From NCBI GenBank assembly GCA_963755915.1, contig CAVWLP010000002.1, positions 3,744,001 through 3,808,000 of the forward strand: 64,000 bases of DNA, read 5' to 3'. Origin of the DNA: an uncultured Phycisphaerales bacterium. GTDB lineage: Bacteria; Planctomycetota; Phycisphaerae; Tepidisphaerales; Tepidisphaeraceae. The position numbers and the translations under genes are program-made. Each line of letters opens with the position of its first letter. The stretch's first letter is position 1. Shown piece after piece: positions 53,177 to 64,000 of this stretch. The notes beneath the pieces are model-generated. The model worked only from the letters and a program-made list of their open reading frames with translations. It did no database searches and had not been told where the DNA came from.

Positions 53177-54999
53177 CTATTGTGGGGTCGGAATGCCGTC
53201 CGTAGCGAGCTGCCGCAGCCGGGCGTCGCATCGCCCGACATAGATCAAATACTGCTTCCGATCGTCGGCATAGGTATCCCGGGCCTGCAAATATTGATGC
53301 GTCACGGGGTCCACCAGATATCGGGCATTGGCGGCCATTACGTCATGCAGCGTGTGAAGCCAGGTTTGCGGATCCGACGAGGCAATCGTCGCCCTCGTGA
53401 ACTGGAGGTGCGTATGGGGGTCCTTAGGGAAAGCCTGGGCCATCACCGCGTCGTCCACGTAATACTTCAGAATGGTGACCGCGTAATGAAGCTCAGCCGC
53501 GTGATAATGCTCCGCCGCGGACTGGAGCAGTTGGTGGCGGGCTTCGCCGGTCGCGTCCGCCGCGGCGAGGTAATCGTGGTCGGCGGCCATCATCTCCTGG
53601 CCGCTGGTTGCGTCGTCGATGTGAACGAAATAAACCGAGGCGTTTGCCTTGTAAGCCAGGATGTGCCGTTCGTATTCCGCCAGCGAGTCCTTGAATAGCT
53701 TTTCCCCCAGCGCATAGCTGTAAAGCGCCGCCTCATAATCCATGCGATTCGACGCCGGCTTGTCGAAGCCAACGTCCATCGTGGGGCTCTCCAGCTCGAT
53801 GGGGTCGTCGCTTTCGGGAATGAATTGCCCCCACATGTCCAGCTCGAACCGCCGTCCGCGCTCCCATTCGTCGTTGGCCCACTGCTTCAGCGTCAGCGCC
53901 GGGCGGGCGTCAACAACCGTGTCCCCCGTCTGAATATGGTGCTGGTTCCACAAAGTTTGCAGCAACTGCGCCTGCTTATAGCTGTTAAAAGCCAGCGCCA
54001 GCGTGGAGATGCCATATGGATACGGCCCATATTGCGGCAGGAACTGGAGCTGCGAGCCGTCATACCACGGCGCCGACGCCGACAGATCGGCCGGGCGCGG
54101 ATACCTTGGCACCAGCAGCGCCGGCAGCACATTCCCGTTTTCATCCAGCATCGGGTCGAGGCGCACCCGCCGCCAGCTTGGGTCGTTGCTCGTCGATTCG
54201 CGCCGGGTTTCGGCGGAATACGTGATCCCAGAACCGTTGAAGGTATTCTGAAGCGCCCTGGCGTTGATCGGCTCCATCACCACGCGAACCGTGTGCGTCT
54301 GATCTTCGGCTTCCAGCGGCGACTCGTTTTCGTTCCACAGCGTCTTCGCCGCCGCGGCGCGGAAATCGTCGGTGCGGTTCTCGGGGAACTCGACGCGGAA
54401 CAGCGTCTGCGTTTCCCGCCGAACGCGATGGCGGTAATAAACGTGCTCCTGGCTCGTTCCCAGCTTGTCGCCGTAGATCATCGCCACCGCGGTGATGATG
54501 TTGATGTCGTCCGGGCGCTCGGTCTCAACCTTCTGCCCGTAATCGATGGCGTCCAGGATGGTGGTGTATTTATTCCGCAGGCTCGCCATCTGCACGGAAA
54601 TGTTGTAGGCCTTGTTCCAGATCTGGAACAGGTGGACGGTATCAAACTCCGGCTGAAGCAGGCGGATCCACTCCACCTTGGTGTCGAAATCCTGAAGATC
54701 GTGCTCCTGCTTCTGATTTTCGCTGCTCATCCACAGGATCATCACCAGCGGCCCGCGCAAGCCGCCCAGCAGCAGGGCGGTGGCATAGCTGGGCAGAGTT
54801 CCGACGCCCGTATCCGCGGTTGCTGCAGCTCCCGGCAGGCCGGAATGCGAATGCAGCGCTGCTTTTTCTTGGATCGCCTGATCGCGCGTCCAGTTGGCCG
54901 CGATCAGCGCGACGACCAGCAACACAACGACGCCAATGCGTCCGCCCGAGCGCCGCGCTGCGCGGCCGTCCGTGGCTCCATTTCTGGTGCGATCGTCAC
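53177..54999 (-). CDS. Membrane-anchored helical hypothetical protein of the ABC cluster (start frameshifted)
   Basis: N-terminal TM, LLGGLRGPLVMILW, LQPEF...WNKAYNISV; coupled to the permease stop. Confidence 0.7.
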
Positions 55000-57211
55000 G
55001 GCGCCACTTCCTTCCCGCACATGATCACATACGCCAGCACAATCGCCGGCGCCCCGAAGCCCGCCAGGACCACGAGCGCGTCCAGGAACTTGTCGGTCGA
55101 AATGCTCACCCCCTGCTCGATGTCGGATATCGCGTCAAACTGAGACGTATCCGGGAGGGCATTGGCAAAAATCGTCAGGGCCTTGGAAAGGCGGTCGACG
55201 CCGCTGCTCAACACCGACGAAATCGCCACGTCCGTCAGCTTGAAATCGTTCACGATCTGCCGCCCCAGCCCGGGGCCCGCCGAATCGGCGATCTGGTTGA
55301 CTCCCCAATGCCCCAGCAGCAGCAGAACCGTCAGGACCAGCGCGATCGGCCACGATAAAAACGTGCTGCACAGCACCGACAGGATGATCACCAGGATGCT
55401 CATCATCCAGATAATCGCCAGGCTCTTGATCAGGTTCGCCTCAAACCACTGGGTCGAGGCGACCATCTGGAGCGAATCCGGCATTAGCCCCACCGTCTGC
55501 GCCGAATTCACGCAGTGGAAAATGACCTGAAAATCGCCGCTTGAAATTGAATCTGCGGGCACCGTGAAAAACGCCGGAAGCTTGCTCTCCACGAGCACCG
55601 GCGTGGAAAGATCAGTTGCCTTCTTTGAGACATTGTCGATCACGCGGATTTCCAGTTGCGTGGCGTCTTCATGACCGGCGACCACGTCGGAATTGGACCG
55701 GTCCACCTCAAGGTTCACCTGGAATGGAATTCCGCCGCTTCCCGCTTCGGAAGTCGGCGCGTTGGTGAAAAGATAGGCCGCCGTCGCGCCGGCGCATCCT
55801 TCCCGCCATTCATTTCCTGGTCGTAGTGTATTCCCATGCGCCCGCGAAATGCCAGAAATTCCGGCTCGCCGTGGATTCCCGGCAGCGGTTGAATTTCAGC
55901 CGCCCCGGGCGGCTCAAAGGCCACTGTGCCCCCCTGGAATTGCGGCACGAAACAGCTTACCGGCTTTTGGCCGAGCGAATAGTCCACGTTGCCGCTGCTC
56001 CCCGTGATCCGCACGAAAAATCTCGACCGGTTAAACAGCGGCAGAACCTGCTGCGGTGGTATCCATGCGTATGCGTATTGCGCTGTCGTTCCGTCCGGCA
56101 GCTGCGCGGGAGCCGAAAGACGAACGGCGACCGCCATCGCGTTTGGGTCAATCTTCGCGGCGCGAGTATAGGCGAGGATATTCGTCTTCAAATCATCGAT
56201 GCTCGTCCCCCCGACCATCGACGACCCCTGAAGCATGTCGAAGTAGTTTTCGTCCATCAGCTCAAAGCCGATTCGCGGCTCCGTCAGCGGGCCGGTAATT
56301 TTCTTCTCCAGCCTCGGCCCGGTCGGACCAATTGGACCCGCCTCCTGCGGCTGATCATCCGGCGGCCCTGTCCGCCTCGCATTCACCTGCACGCGAAGCA
56401 TCAACCCATATTGTCCCGCACCGGCGTGCGACCAGTCGTCGGTATCCGCCCGCGCCGGCCCAAACATCACTTCACGCTGCACCGGGAATCCCGCCAGACA
56501 ATCTTCATCACCGGAATTTGCAATCACGCGATCAATGCTGCCGGGCGCCGGTGGCTCGCCATACATCGCCAACTGATCCGCCGACCAAAAGCTCCGCGCC
56601 GTCAGCAGGCCGGTCTTCTGGTACTCGGCAAGCCGCGCCCGTTCGGAGTCGCTGATGTCTCCCTCGTTGAGTCGATAAGCGATCTGCTGCTGCTTCTGCT
56701 CGCTGGTGATCCGCATGTAAATCCACGTGAAGACCCCCATGATCAGCACCATCGCCAGCGCCACCCGCGAAAATCCGATCACTTTCCCCAGCACCAGCTC
56801 CAGCCGGGTCACCGGCTTGGTCATGACCGTGTAGACCACCCGGCTTTCGATTTCCTTCGGGATATTCGTGCAGGCCATGATGATGGTGGTCAGCACCACC
56901 ACCAGTCCCGTCGCGAACAGGCAGATTTTTACCGACTGCCGAACCGCGTCCTGCTCGTCGAACGCGCGCTGGAATTGGGTAATCCCTATAACCCCCACGA
57001 TCGCCAGCGGAGTGATCCACAGAATCCGCTTGCGAATCGACTCGGCAAAGCAAACGCTGGAAATCGCCCAGGTTCTTTTGAAACTGAAACGCCGTGTATC
57101 CCCCGGCCCGAAAACCCCCAGCCCCAGCACAACCACGCCGACCGCAATCAACCAGCCCCAGTTGTTGCTGAACCACGAACCGTCGGCGAGTAAACCGTGA
57201 TAATTGAACAT
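54996..57211 (-). CDS. ABC-2-type permease with a large extracytoplasmic insertion (frameshift near 55720-55790)
   Basis: IPKEIESRVVYTVMTKPVTRLELVLGKVIG; C-terminal STFLSWPIA...KEVAP. Confidence 0.82.
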
Positions 57212-57234
57212 CGCAGAAAATCCTGGTCCGGCAA

Positions 57235-58125
57235 TCAGCCCGATCCCACCGACGACTGCCCGTGTCCCGTGTTCTCCCGCACGATGCGGATGAACAGGTC
57301 CTCCAGCGTCGTCGTTGGATGCGTTACCACCGTGTCGTTCACCCCCATCCGATTGAGAAATGTCTTGATCTCCAGGATCTGCGAATCGTTCATTCCCCGC
57401 GTCTGAATCTGCGTGACGTCCTTCACCTGGAGCAGATCGCGCACCTGCCCGATCGTCTGCATCGACCCCCGGAACAGGATCGTGATCCGATCGCAGACGT
57501 CCTGCACGTCCGCCAGCAGGTGGCTGCAAAGCAAAACGGTTTTTCCCTGCTGCTTGAGTGAAAGGATCAGGTCCTTCATCTCGCGCGTGCCGATCGGGTC
57601 CAGCCCCGTCGTCGGCTCGTCGAGCAGAATGAGGTCGGGGTTGTTGATCATCGCCTGTGCCAGGCCGATGCGCCGCGCCATCCCCTTGGAATATTCGCGA
57701 AGCTTTCGCTTGCGGCTCTTGGCGTCGAGCCCCACCGTGTCCAAAAGCAGAGGCACACGCCGGTTCAGCTCTTTGCGCGGAATCTTGAACAGCCGCCCAT
57801 AAAACCGCAGCGTCTCTTCTCCGTTCAAAAATCGGTAGAGGTAAGACTCTTCCGGCAGAAACCCGATCCGCTCGTTGATCTCGGTGCTTCCGGCGGGCTG
57901 TCCCAGCACGGTCGCCTTCCCGCCGGTGGCGAAGATCAGCCCCAGCAGGAGCTTGATGGTCGTGCTTTTCCCCGAACCGTTCGGTCCCAGCAGCCCGAAG
58001 ACCTCCCCGCGATGGATCGTGAGGTTGAGGTCATCCAGTGCGCGGACCTTGTCCCGGCCCCAGAAATCCTTGTACACCTTGGTCAGATGTTCCGTCTGAA
58101 CCGCTTCGTGGTTGGTTGCAGTCAT
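57235..58125 (-). CDS. ABC transporter ATP-binding protein
   Basis: [26 protein letters not shown] switch. Confidence 0.95.
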   Translation of the reverse strand: MTATNHEAVQTEHLTKVYKDFWGRDKVRALDDLNLTIHRGEVFGLLGPNGSGKSTTIKLLLGLIFATGGKATVLGQPAGSTEINERIGFLPEESYLYRFLNGEETLRFYGRLFKIPRKELNRRVPLLLDTVGLDAKSRKRKLREYSKGMARRIGLAQAMINNPDLILLDEPTTGLDPIGTREMKDLILSLKQQGKTVLLCSHLLADVQDVCDRITILFRGSMQTIGQVRDLLQVKDVTQIQTRGMNDSQILEIKTFLNRMGVNDTVVTHPTTTLEDLFIRIVRENTGHGQSSVGSG

Positions 58126-58243
58126 GTCGCTGTCAGGCTTTCGCGTCCGCCGGCGCGGGACATTCGCCGTCCCGGTGGTAAATTGAAATGCGCTACGACC
58201 CGCGAAGTTGCATAAGTTCGCCGATCACCTTGAAGAATCTGCC

Positions 58244-58429
58244 TTATCGCCGGGGGCCCATGGGGGGCTTCCGCGTCGTCCGCGCCTGACGCCGGCGTTT
58301 CTCGCTCGGCTTCTCGTAATACGCGATCCGCTTGATATCCTTGGTCAGACCCTCTTTCTCACACATCTTCTTGAAGCGCCGCAACATCTGCTCTGCGGTC
58401 TCGTTGCCGCGCGACTTCACCTTTATCAT
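58244..58429 (-). CDS. rpsU: 30S ribosomal protein S21
   Basis: LRRFKK..EKEG...YYEKPSEKRRR. Confidence 0.92.
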   Translation of the reverse strand: MIKVKSRGNETAEQMLRRFKKMCEKEGLTKDIKRIAYYEKPSEKRRRQARTTRKPPMGPRR

Positions 58430-58486
58430 CTCAAGACTTCCTTTCCACCATCAGGGAAAGCCGGTAGTTTAGCGCAAAAGGCATCA

Positions 58487-58888
58487 ATGTTCAACCACCA
58501 CACCATTACCATCCGCGTCCGATATACCGAGGTCGATGCGATGGGGTATCTCCATCACAGCCGCTACCTCCAGTATTTCGAAATGGGCAGGATCGAATAC
58601 CTCCGCGCCGCGGGGTTCAGCTACGCTGATCTCGAGCGCGAAGGGGTCTATTTCGCCGTAACCAAGGCCGAAGTCCGCTACAAAGCCCCCGCCAGATTTG
58701 ATGATGAATTGACCCTCACCACCTCCGTCAACCGGGCGACCCTCGTCCGTTTCGACCATTCCTATGAGCTAAAGCGTGGAAACCTGGTCCTGGCGGAGGG
58801 GAACACCACCATCGCCTGCATCGGCCGCGATGGCAAAGTCCGGGCTATGCCCGATCAATTGGTGAATACGACAAAATCTCAGACGTGA
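58487..58888 (+). CDS. YbgC/FadM-family acyl-CoA thioesterase
   Basis: RVRYTEVDAMGYLHHSRYLQYFEMGR, YKAPARFDD. Confidence 0.9.
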   Translation: MFNHHTITIRVRYTEVDAMGYLHHSRYLQYFEMGRIEYLRAAGFSYADLEREGVYFAVTKAEVRYKAPARFDDELTLTTSVNRATLVRFDHSYELKRGNLVLAEGNTTIACIGRDGKVRAMPDQLVNTTKSQT

Positions 58889-59768
58889 TTACGAAAAGAC
58901 CGACATCGCCGCCGAAATCTTTTCCGGAAGGGCGGCTCTGACCGTTTCCAGCTTTGCGTCGTCGAGCCCAAGCCGCGACACAATCCCCGCGTCCAGTGTC
59001 TGCGACCGGGCGGTCAGGTTGAATCCCTTGGGATTCTGGCAGCAAAGCGTGTCCGCCACGTAAATGATGCTCACAAACGTCCCATCGCCATCGATGAGTT
59101 CCCCGGGCGTATGATGATACCCCGCCGCCTCCTGGCACGATTTGGTGAAATGCCACTGCTCCGCCAGGCCCTTCCCAAGCGCCTGATGATCGACCCCTAA
59201 AATCTGCCGCTCCACTTCGCAAAAATCGGCGCCGCCCTTTTTCACCGTCGCACAGACGCTTTGCAATTTCTCCGGCCAGGTCTGAAGTTCGACCATGATC
59301 CCCACATCATGAATCAGCCCCGCGAGAAAGTATTCTTCGCACGCCGGCAGTTTTGCCTGCTGCGCCAGTTCTCGCGCACACGCCGACCGAAATGCAGTGC
59401 GTCCACAAATCTTTTGCTGAATACCCCTCGCCAAGTTTCGCCCCGCGAAAAAGTTGCCCCAGGCTTGCCGACACGGCCAGGTTTTTCACTGCCGTCCGCC
59501 CCAACAGCACCAGCGCCCGCTCCACGCTTCCGACCTGGCCGGGAATTCCGTAGAAAGCGCTGTTCACTACTTTCAGAATCCGCGCCGAAAGCGACGGATC
59601 GTTCGAGATGATCTTGTTCAACTGCCCAGTCGAACTTTTGGGGTCCTCGACCGTCGCGATAATATGCGACGTCACTTCCGGCAGCGTCGCCAGAGCGGTC
59701 ACACCCTTAACAGCTTCACGAACAATCGATTGGGGGTCGACAACAGCAGCAGTTGGCATAGCTGTCAT
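58889..59768 (-). CDS. HDOD domain protein (frameshift near 59380)
   Basis: LATLPEV, DPSLSARILKVVNSAFYG, LWTHC, AGLIHDVG, DHQALG. Confidence 0.88.
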
Positions 59769-59818
59769 ATCGAGCCTTTATTAACACCTATTTACTTCTC
59801 CCTGCCCGCGGATTCGAT

Positions 59819-60954
59819 TTAGTAACTGATAATCTTGCGAAGCAGCCGTCCGTCGATCGTGACCCCGTTCAACACCCCGGCAATCCTGCCACTGGCGTTT
59901 TCACCCCCGTAGGGGTTCGGATATCGGCCCCTGCGCGGCCGGCCGCCGTTCCAGAGGCGCTTGATCTCTTCCGCGATGGCTGATTCCCGATATGGCACAT
60001 TCCGCACATCTTTACATCGCTCCCGCCCCTCCTGCCGCGGGCCGATGTCAATCACCGGCGTCCGAAAACTCGCCGCCTCGATGATCCCCGCCGAGCTGTT
60101 CCCCACCAGCATCGCCGTCTCCCGGAGTAGTCCCAGGAATATCGGACGCGCCACGTCGCGGCGAATTTCGACAGCCTGATCGCCCCTCAGCGATTCCCAG
60201 CAGCGAATGATCCCCCGCGATCCCGGATCGTTGTTCGGATAAATGATGACGATTTTCTCCGGCCCCGATCTGTTCATGGCTTTGACGATCATCCGCGCCC
60301 TCTGAAATTCAATCGCCTCATCCGCGTCCACCGGATGCAGCACTACCAGCGCGAACTTCCCCGCCTGGATCGAAGGAAATTCTTTCCGCAGCTCGCCCCT
60401 CGTTGCCGCGGCCTTGCGAATCCCATCAATCCCTGGCGACCCGAAGCGATGAATTCTCCAACCATCCTCCCCCATCTTCCTCAGCCGCTCGGCACTCGTC
60501 TTCGTAGCCGGAAAATGAATGTGCGAAAGCTTCGTGATCGCGTGGCGCAGCGCATCGTCCGTCTGCCCCAGGGCCCGATCCCCTCCATGCACGTGCGCGA
60601 CGGCAATGTCCGAAAGGTGCGCCGCCGCCGCCCCCGCAAACGCCTCCACCCGATCCCCGACAACAAGCACGATTTGCGGCTTCAGCTTTCGAAATATTTT
60701 TGCCAGCCCGGTAATCCCCATCCCAACCGCTTCCGCGCGCGGTCCCGCCGGCCAAACCGCAACCGCATCAATCTTCCACTGCTTGCGCAATGCTTCGATC
60801 GTCTTCCCATGTCGCCGGTCGAGGTGCATCCCCGTCACCACAATCTGCAAGTTGCGCCGTCCAATCGCTTGCAAAACCCCTTGCATCAACCCAAATTCCT
60901 GCGCGACCCCGTGACAAAGCAGATCCGCCGACCATGTCCCCCTTTACGCGGCAT
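59819..60954 (-). CDS. neuC: UDP-N-acetylglucosamine 2-epimerase (hydrolysing); N-terminus frameshifted
   Basis: RICFVTGSRA, TGMHL, GDRVE, HVHGGD, RHAITKLSHIHF, GNSSAGIIEA. Confidence 0.9.
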
Positions 60955-61996
60955 CAGACAAACTCTGCCAACTAAGCATTTCGCCGATTTTAATCGGATG
61001 ACTCGTCCGCTGCCCCACAATCGACGGCAGCGCCGACGCCGGAATACCGGTCCCTGGACGCTGCACCTTCAAATCCTCCTCAACAATCCGGTGACCGGCG
61101 AGAATGTCGCGCGCCGCCACCAGGCTCTGTCGGCTAACGCTGCGCACATCGCGCTCGATTTCCAAAACCCTTTTTCCCGGCGAACCGCGCATTGCCATCG
61201 CCATCCGCACCAGCGACACATATTTCGCGAAATCGCTTGGGTTCAAACTCGCCGAATGATCCGGGCCGGCCGCATTGCAATCGTACGTCAGGTGCTTCTC
61301 GACAAACGCCGCGCCCGCCGCCACCGCCAGCGCGCCCGTGATCACGTCCGTCGTATGGTCCGAAAATCCGACCGCCGTCCCGAATCGCGCCGCCAGCTCG
61401 GCAATCCACGATAGATTTACGTTCTCCGCCGGCGTCGGATAGCTGCTGATGCAGTGCAGCAGCGCGAACTGCGCGTTCCATCCCCGCAGCCAGGCGATGC
61501 TCGATGAGATTTCATTCACATTCGCCGCCCCCGTAGAAAGCAGCAGTGGACGTCCATATTGCGCCGCACGCCGCAGCAGCGGCCAATTCACGATGTCCGG
61601 CGACGCGATCTTGATCGCCCCCAATTCTAGCGATTCAATCACGTCCACATCCTCCGGCGAAAACGGCGTCGCCAGCGGCTGCATCCCCAGCTTCCGAATC
61701 TCCCCCACGATCTGCCCAAGCTCTTCCGCCTCCAGCTCATATCGCCGCAGCATGTCGATCGGCGAATCCTCCAGCAGCGACCGCTTCTGATATTCCGCCA
61801 TCACCGACGACGGATGCATGAGCCGATCCGCCTTGAAAACTTGGAGCTTCACCACGTCTGCCCCCGCGTGGGAAGCGGCGTGGACCAGCTCGATTGCCTT
61901 CTGAACCTCGCCGTCGTGATTGACGCCCAGCTCGGCAATCACCATCGCCTTGCCGCCGCCAAAAAAACCTCCCGCCGACTTCTGGATCTGGTTCAT
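60944..61996 (-). CDS. neuB: N-acetylneuraminate/nonulosonate synthase with SAF domain
   Basis: IAELGVNHDG, KIASPD, LSTGA, LHCISSYP, GFSDHT, EKH, GPDH, RPGTGI. Confidence 0.93.
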   Translation of the reverse strand: MNQIQKSAGGFFGGGKAMVIAELGVNHDGEVQKAIELVHAASHAGADVVKLQVFKADRLMHPSSVMAEYQKRSLLEDSPIDMLRRYELEAEELGQIVGEIRKLGMQPLATPFSPEDVDVIESLELGAIKIASPDIVNWPLLRRAAQYGRPLLLSTGAANVNEISSSIAWLRGWNAQFALLHCISSYPTPAENVNLSWIAELAARFGTAVGFSDHTTDVITGALAVAAGAAFVEKHLTYDCNAAGPDHSASLNPSDFAKYVSLVRMAMAMRGSPGKRVLEIERDVRSVSRQSLVAARDILAGHRIVEEDLKVQRPGTGIPASALPSIVGQRTSHPIKIGEMLSWQSLSDAA

Positions 61997-62739
61997 GCCA
62001 CCCTCGTTTCGTAAACGCTGCTCTGCTGCTCGCGCAAGATCGCCTCCGCCAGCAGCAGGTCGCGCTGCTGGTCTATCTCCAGCGTCTCCCCCGACTCAGT
62101 CACGATCCCGCGCCGATCGATCCCGAAAAACGCGTGCGGGTCGCGCGGGTTTTCCTTCCCTCGCAGCATCGCGTCCCGCGACACCGCCACCACCGCGCCG
62201 TCATGCAAATAGAGCGCCTGCAAATCCTGCCTTCGATGGATACTCCCCGGCACGAGCGGCTCCACGCGGTCCCCATCCATCCGGCTCATCCACGACGGAT
62301 GCCATTTCCCCACCGGGCACATCGACCGCACCGAATCGCATTTGCTCTTGCGCAGCAGATCGATCGCCCGGTCGATCACCCGCTCCCCCCGCACCGGAAC
62401 ATTCCCGTAAAGCACCACCAGCGAATCGGCGACAAAATCCCCCTTGCTCTCAACGATCTCCATCGCGTGCAGCATCACGTCCTGCACAGAAGCATCGTCC
62501 GTCGCCAGCTTCGGCGGCCGGTCGATCACCTGCAGCCCGCGCGACCGCGCCAGTTGTTTAATCGTTGGGCAATCCGTCGACACCACCGTTCGCGTTAGAA
62601 ACAGCGACGTCTCCACACGGTCAAACGTGTAAGAAATCACCGGCTTCCCGCACAGTTGCCGCAGGTGCTTGTCCTTCAATCCCCTGCTCCCGGACCGGGC
62701 CAGAATCACTCCCAGCGAATTCATATTTTTCTCCTTCAT
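61993..62739 (-). CDS. neuA: Acylneuraminate cytidylyltransferase
   Basis: ILARSGSRGLKDKH, VSTD, RPPKLATD, RRQDL, EID; start at 62739 or 62724. Confidence 0.88.
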   Translation of the reverse strand: MKEKNMNSLGVILARSGSRGLKDKHLRQLCGKPVISYTFDRVETSLFLTRTVVSTDCPTIKQLARSRGLQVIDRPPKLATDDASVQDVMLHAMEIVESKGDFVADSLVVLYGNVPVRGERVIDRAIDLLRKSKCDSVRSMCPVGKWHPSWMSRMDGDRVEPLVPGSIHRRQDLQALYLHDGAVVAVSRDAMLRGKENPRDPHAFFGIDRRGIVTESGETLEIDQQRDLLLAEAILREQQSSVYETRVA

Positions 62740-64000
62740 GGTCGATGCCACTCTCTGCACGCGCCGCAAAGCGCGTGTTCGTTCCATTGTCCGTCCGCAT
62801 GATCGCGGCGCATTCCCGCCATCGCGCCGCTCCAAATCTCCGTGATCGAATTCTCTCCAATCCGCCCCAGCGCCTGCGTCCCCAGAAAATCCTGCTCGCA
62901 GGAAACGATACGCCCATCGCTCAGCACCGTCAGGCGCTTTGCGATCCGCACGCATCTGCCCCGGCGGGGGGGCTCCATCTGCACCAGCGACACTCTCCGG
63001 AATCTGCCCGCAATACCCCGACGACCCCACAATCACCGCGCACCCCAGCGTCCGCAGCCAATGGTCGTACCACCCTTCCATTTCCCCCAGCGTCGCCGCG
63101 GTCTTCACCATCGTCGGCACCACCAGCGGCGTCCCGCGCGCCCGTGCCTGCCGGCAATGCACCAGCCGCGTCAAGGTTCTCCATCGCGATCTTCAACCCG
63201 TCCACCCCCATCACCGCCTGATACGTCCTGGGCGTAATCGCCGGAATGTTGACCGACACGATATCGATCGGCAATTCTGCCAGGCGTTCGATCCCTGCTA
63301 CGTCTAGACCGATTAGATCCGTCTCAATCGCAATCGCGTCGATCCCAGCGCTCTGCGCCGCCTTCACGATTTGTGCAAACTCCGGATGCAAAACCGCGTC
63401 GCCCACGCCAGCGAAAACGATGCGAGCATCATCCGCCGCCCCAAATTCCTCGAAAATCTTCCTCGCCGTCTCCGCACTCAAATCCTCCCGCTCCACCCGC
63501 GAATGTCCCGCCGGCGAAAAAATCGGCCGCGTGTTCCGACGCGTCGTCAGCTCGACAACAATCTCCCGCGGCAGCGCCGACCTCTCCAGCGCCGCATCCA
63601 GCAGATGCAAAAATTGCTCCGCTTCCGTCGAGGGCAGCTCCCCATTCAGATGCACCGTCGCTCCCGCAATCCGCTCGATCTGCCGCGATGAATCCATCGT
63701 AAACCGATGACACGTCCGCCCCAGCGCCGTCGGAATCGGCGCGCACGTCGGCAGCGCGATCGGATCCCGCATCGGCAGATCGGGCCGATAGGCCAAAAGC
63801 GTCCCCGGATGCGACCCTCCCGCCGCAAGCTGCTCCACCAGCGACTTGCGCAGAACCACCCCGCTCAGTCCCGGCGCTGCCTGCGAAAAGCAAAGCTCCA
63901 CTTCCGCATTTGTCCGCGCATGCTCGATTACCGAATCAATTAGATCGGGATCAACCAGTCCCGCCGATGGATCGACAAGCAGAATCCCCTCCGCCTCATT
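62736..64000 (-). CDS. Degenerate radical-SAM + SPASM/twitch protein, truncated by the window edge and frameshifted twice
   Basis: PREIVVELTTRRNTRPIFSP (CxxxCxxC absent), FAGVGDAVLHP, IETD; C-terminal CVRI...DGRIVSCEQD...CGACREW. Confidence 0.75.

Noticed and set aside
4242-63200. About 20 frameshifted genes as pseudogenes, programmed frameshifts or phase variation
   Set aside because: Breaks hit housekeeping genes too (pdhC, ppx, neuC), mostly at short homopolymer or dinucleotide runs with otherwise intact motifs; long-read indel error is the simpler explanation

Overview
GC-rich bacterial chromosome segment, most likely from a planctomycete of the Phycisphaerae/Tepidisphaerales type. This is inferred from PEP-CTERM proteins, DUF1559-like prepilin/H-X9-DG proteins, LEPR-xLL leaders and dockerin-like tails. 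About 20 genes, including housekeeping ones, are broken by 1-bp shifts that mostly fall in homopolymers, which points to long-read sequencing error. Layout: (i) 0.2-31.7 kb is a pectin/galactan utilisation locus without SusC/D (4 GH28, 2 CE8, GH35, GH16, GH127, an ExuT-like MFS transporter, LacI and XylR-type regulators, PEP-CTERM and prepilin-like proteins), with a low-GC lipoprotein and a kinase/N-glycosidase fusion inserted. (ii) 31.7-36.3 kb holds membrane and surface proteins. (iii) 36.7-42.0 kb is a nested mobile-element hotspot: REP mosaics, a complete group II intron inserted in one arm of a REP-like palindrome, a small array of membrane-protein genes delimited by a repeated GGGACAGCTCTGAATTAC site, a 167-bp MITE, and an IS4-family element with a 9-bp target duplication. 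(iv) 42-64 kb is mostly core genes: panC, hisF, ppx followed by two thymidylate-kinase-like genes, NUDIX, CYTH, pdhA-DUF4259-pdhB-pdhC, an ABC cluster, rpsU, a thioesterase, HDOD, and a neuABC operon headed by a cysteine-less radical-SAM/SPASM protein.
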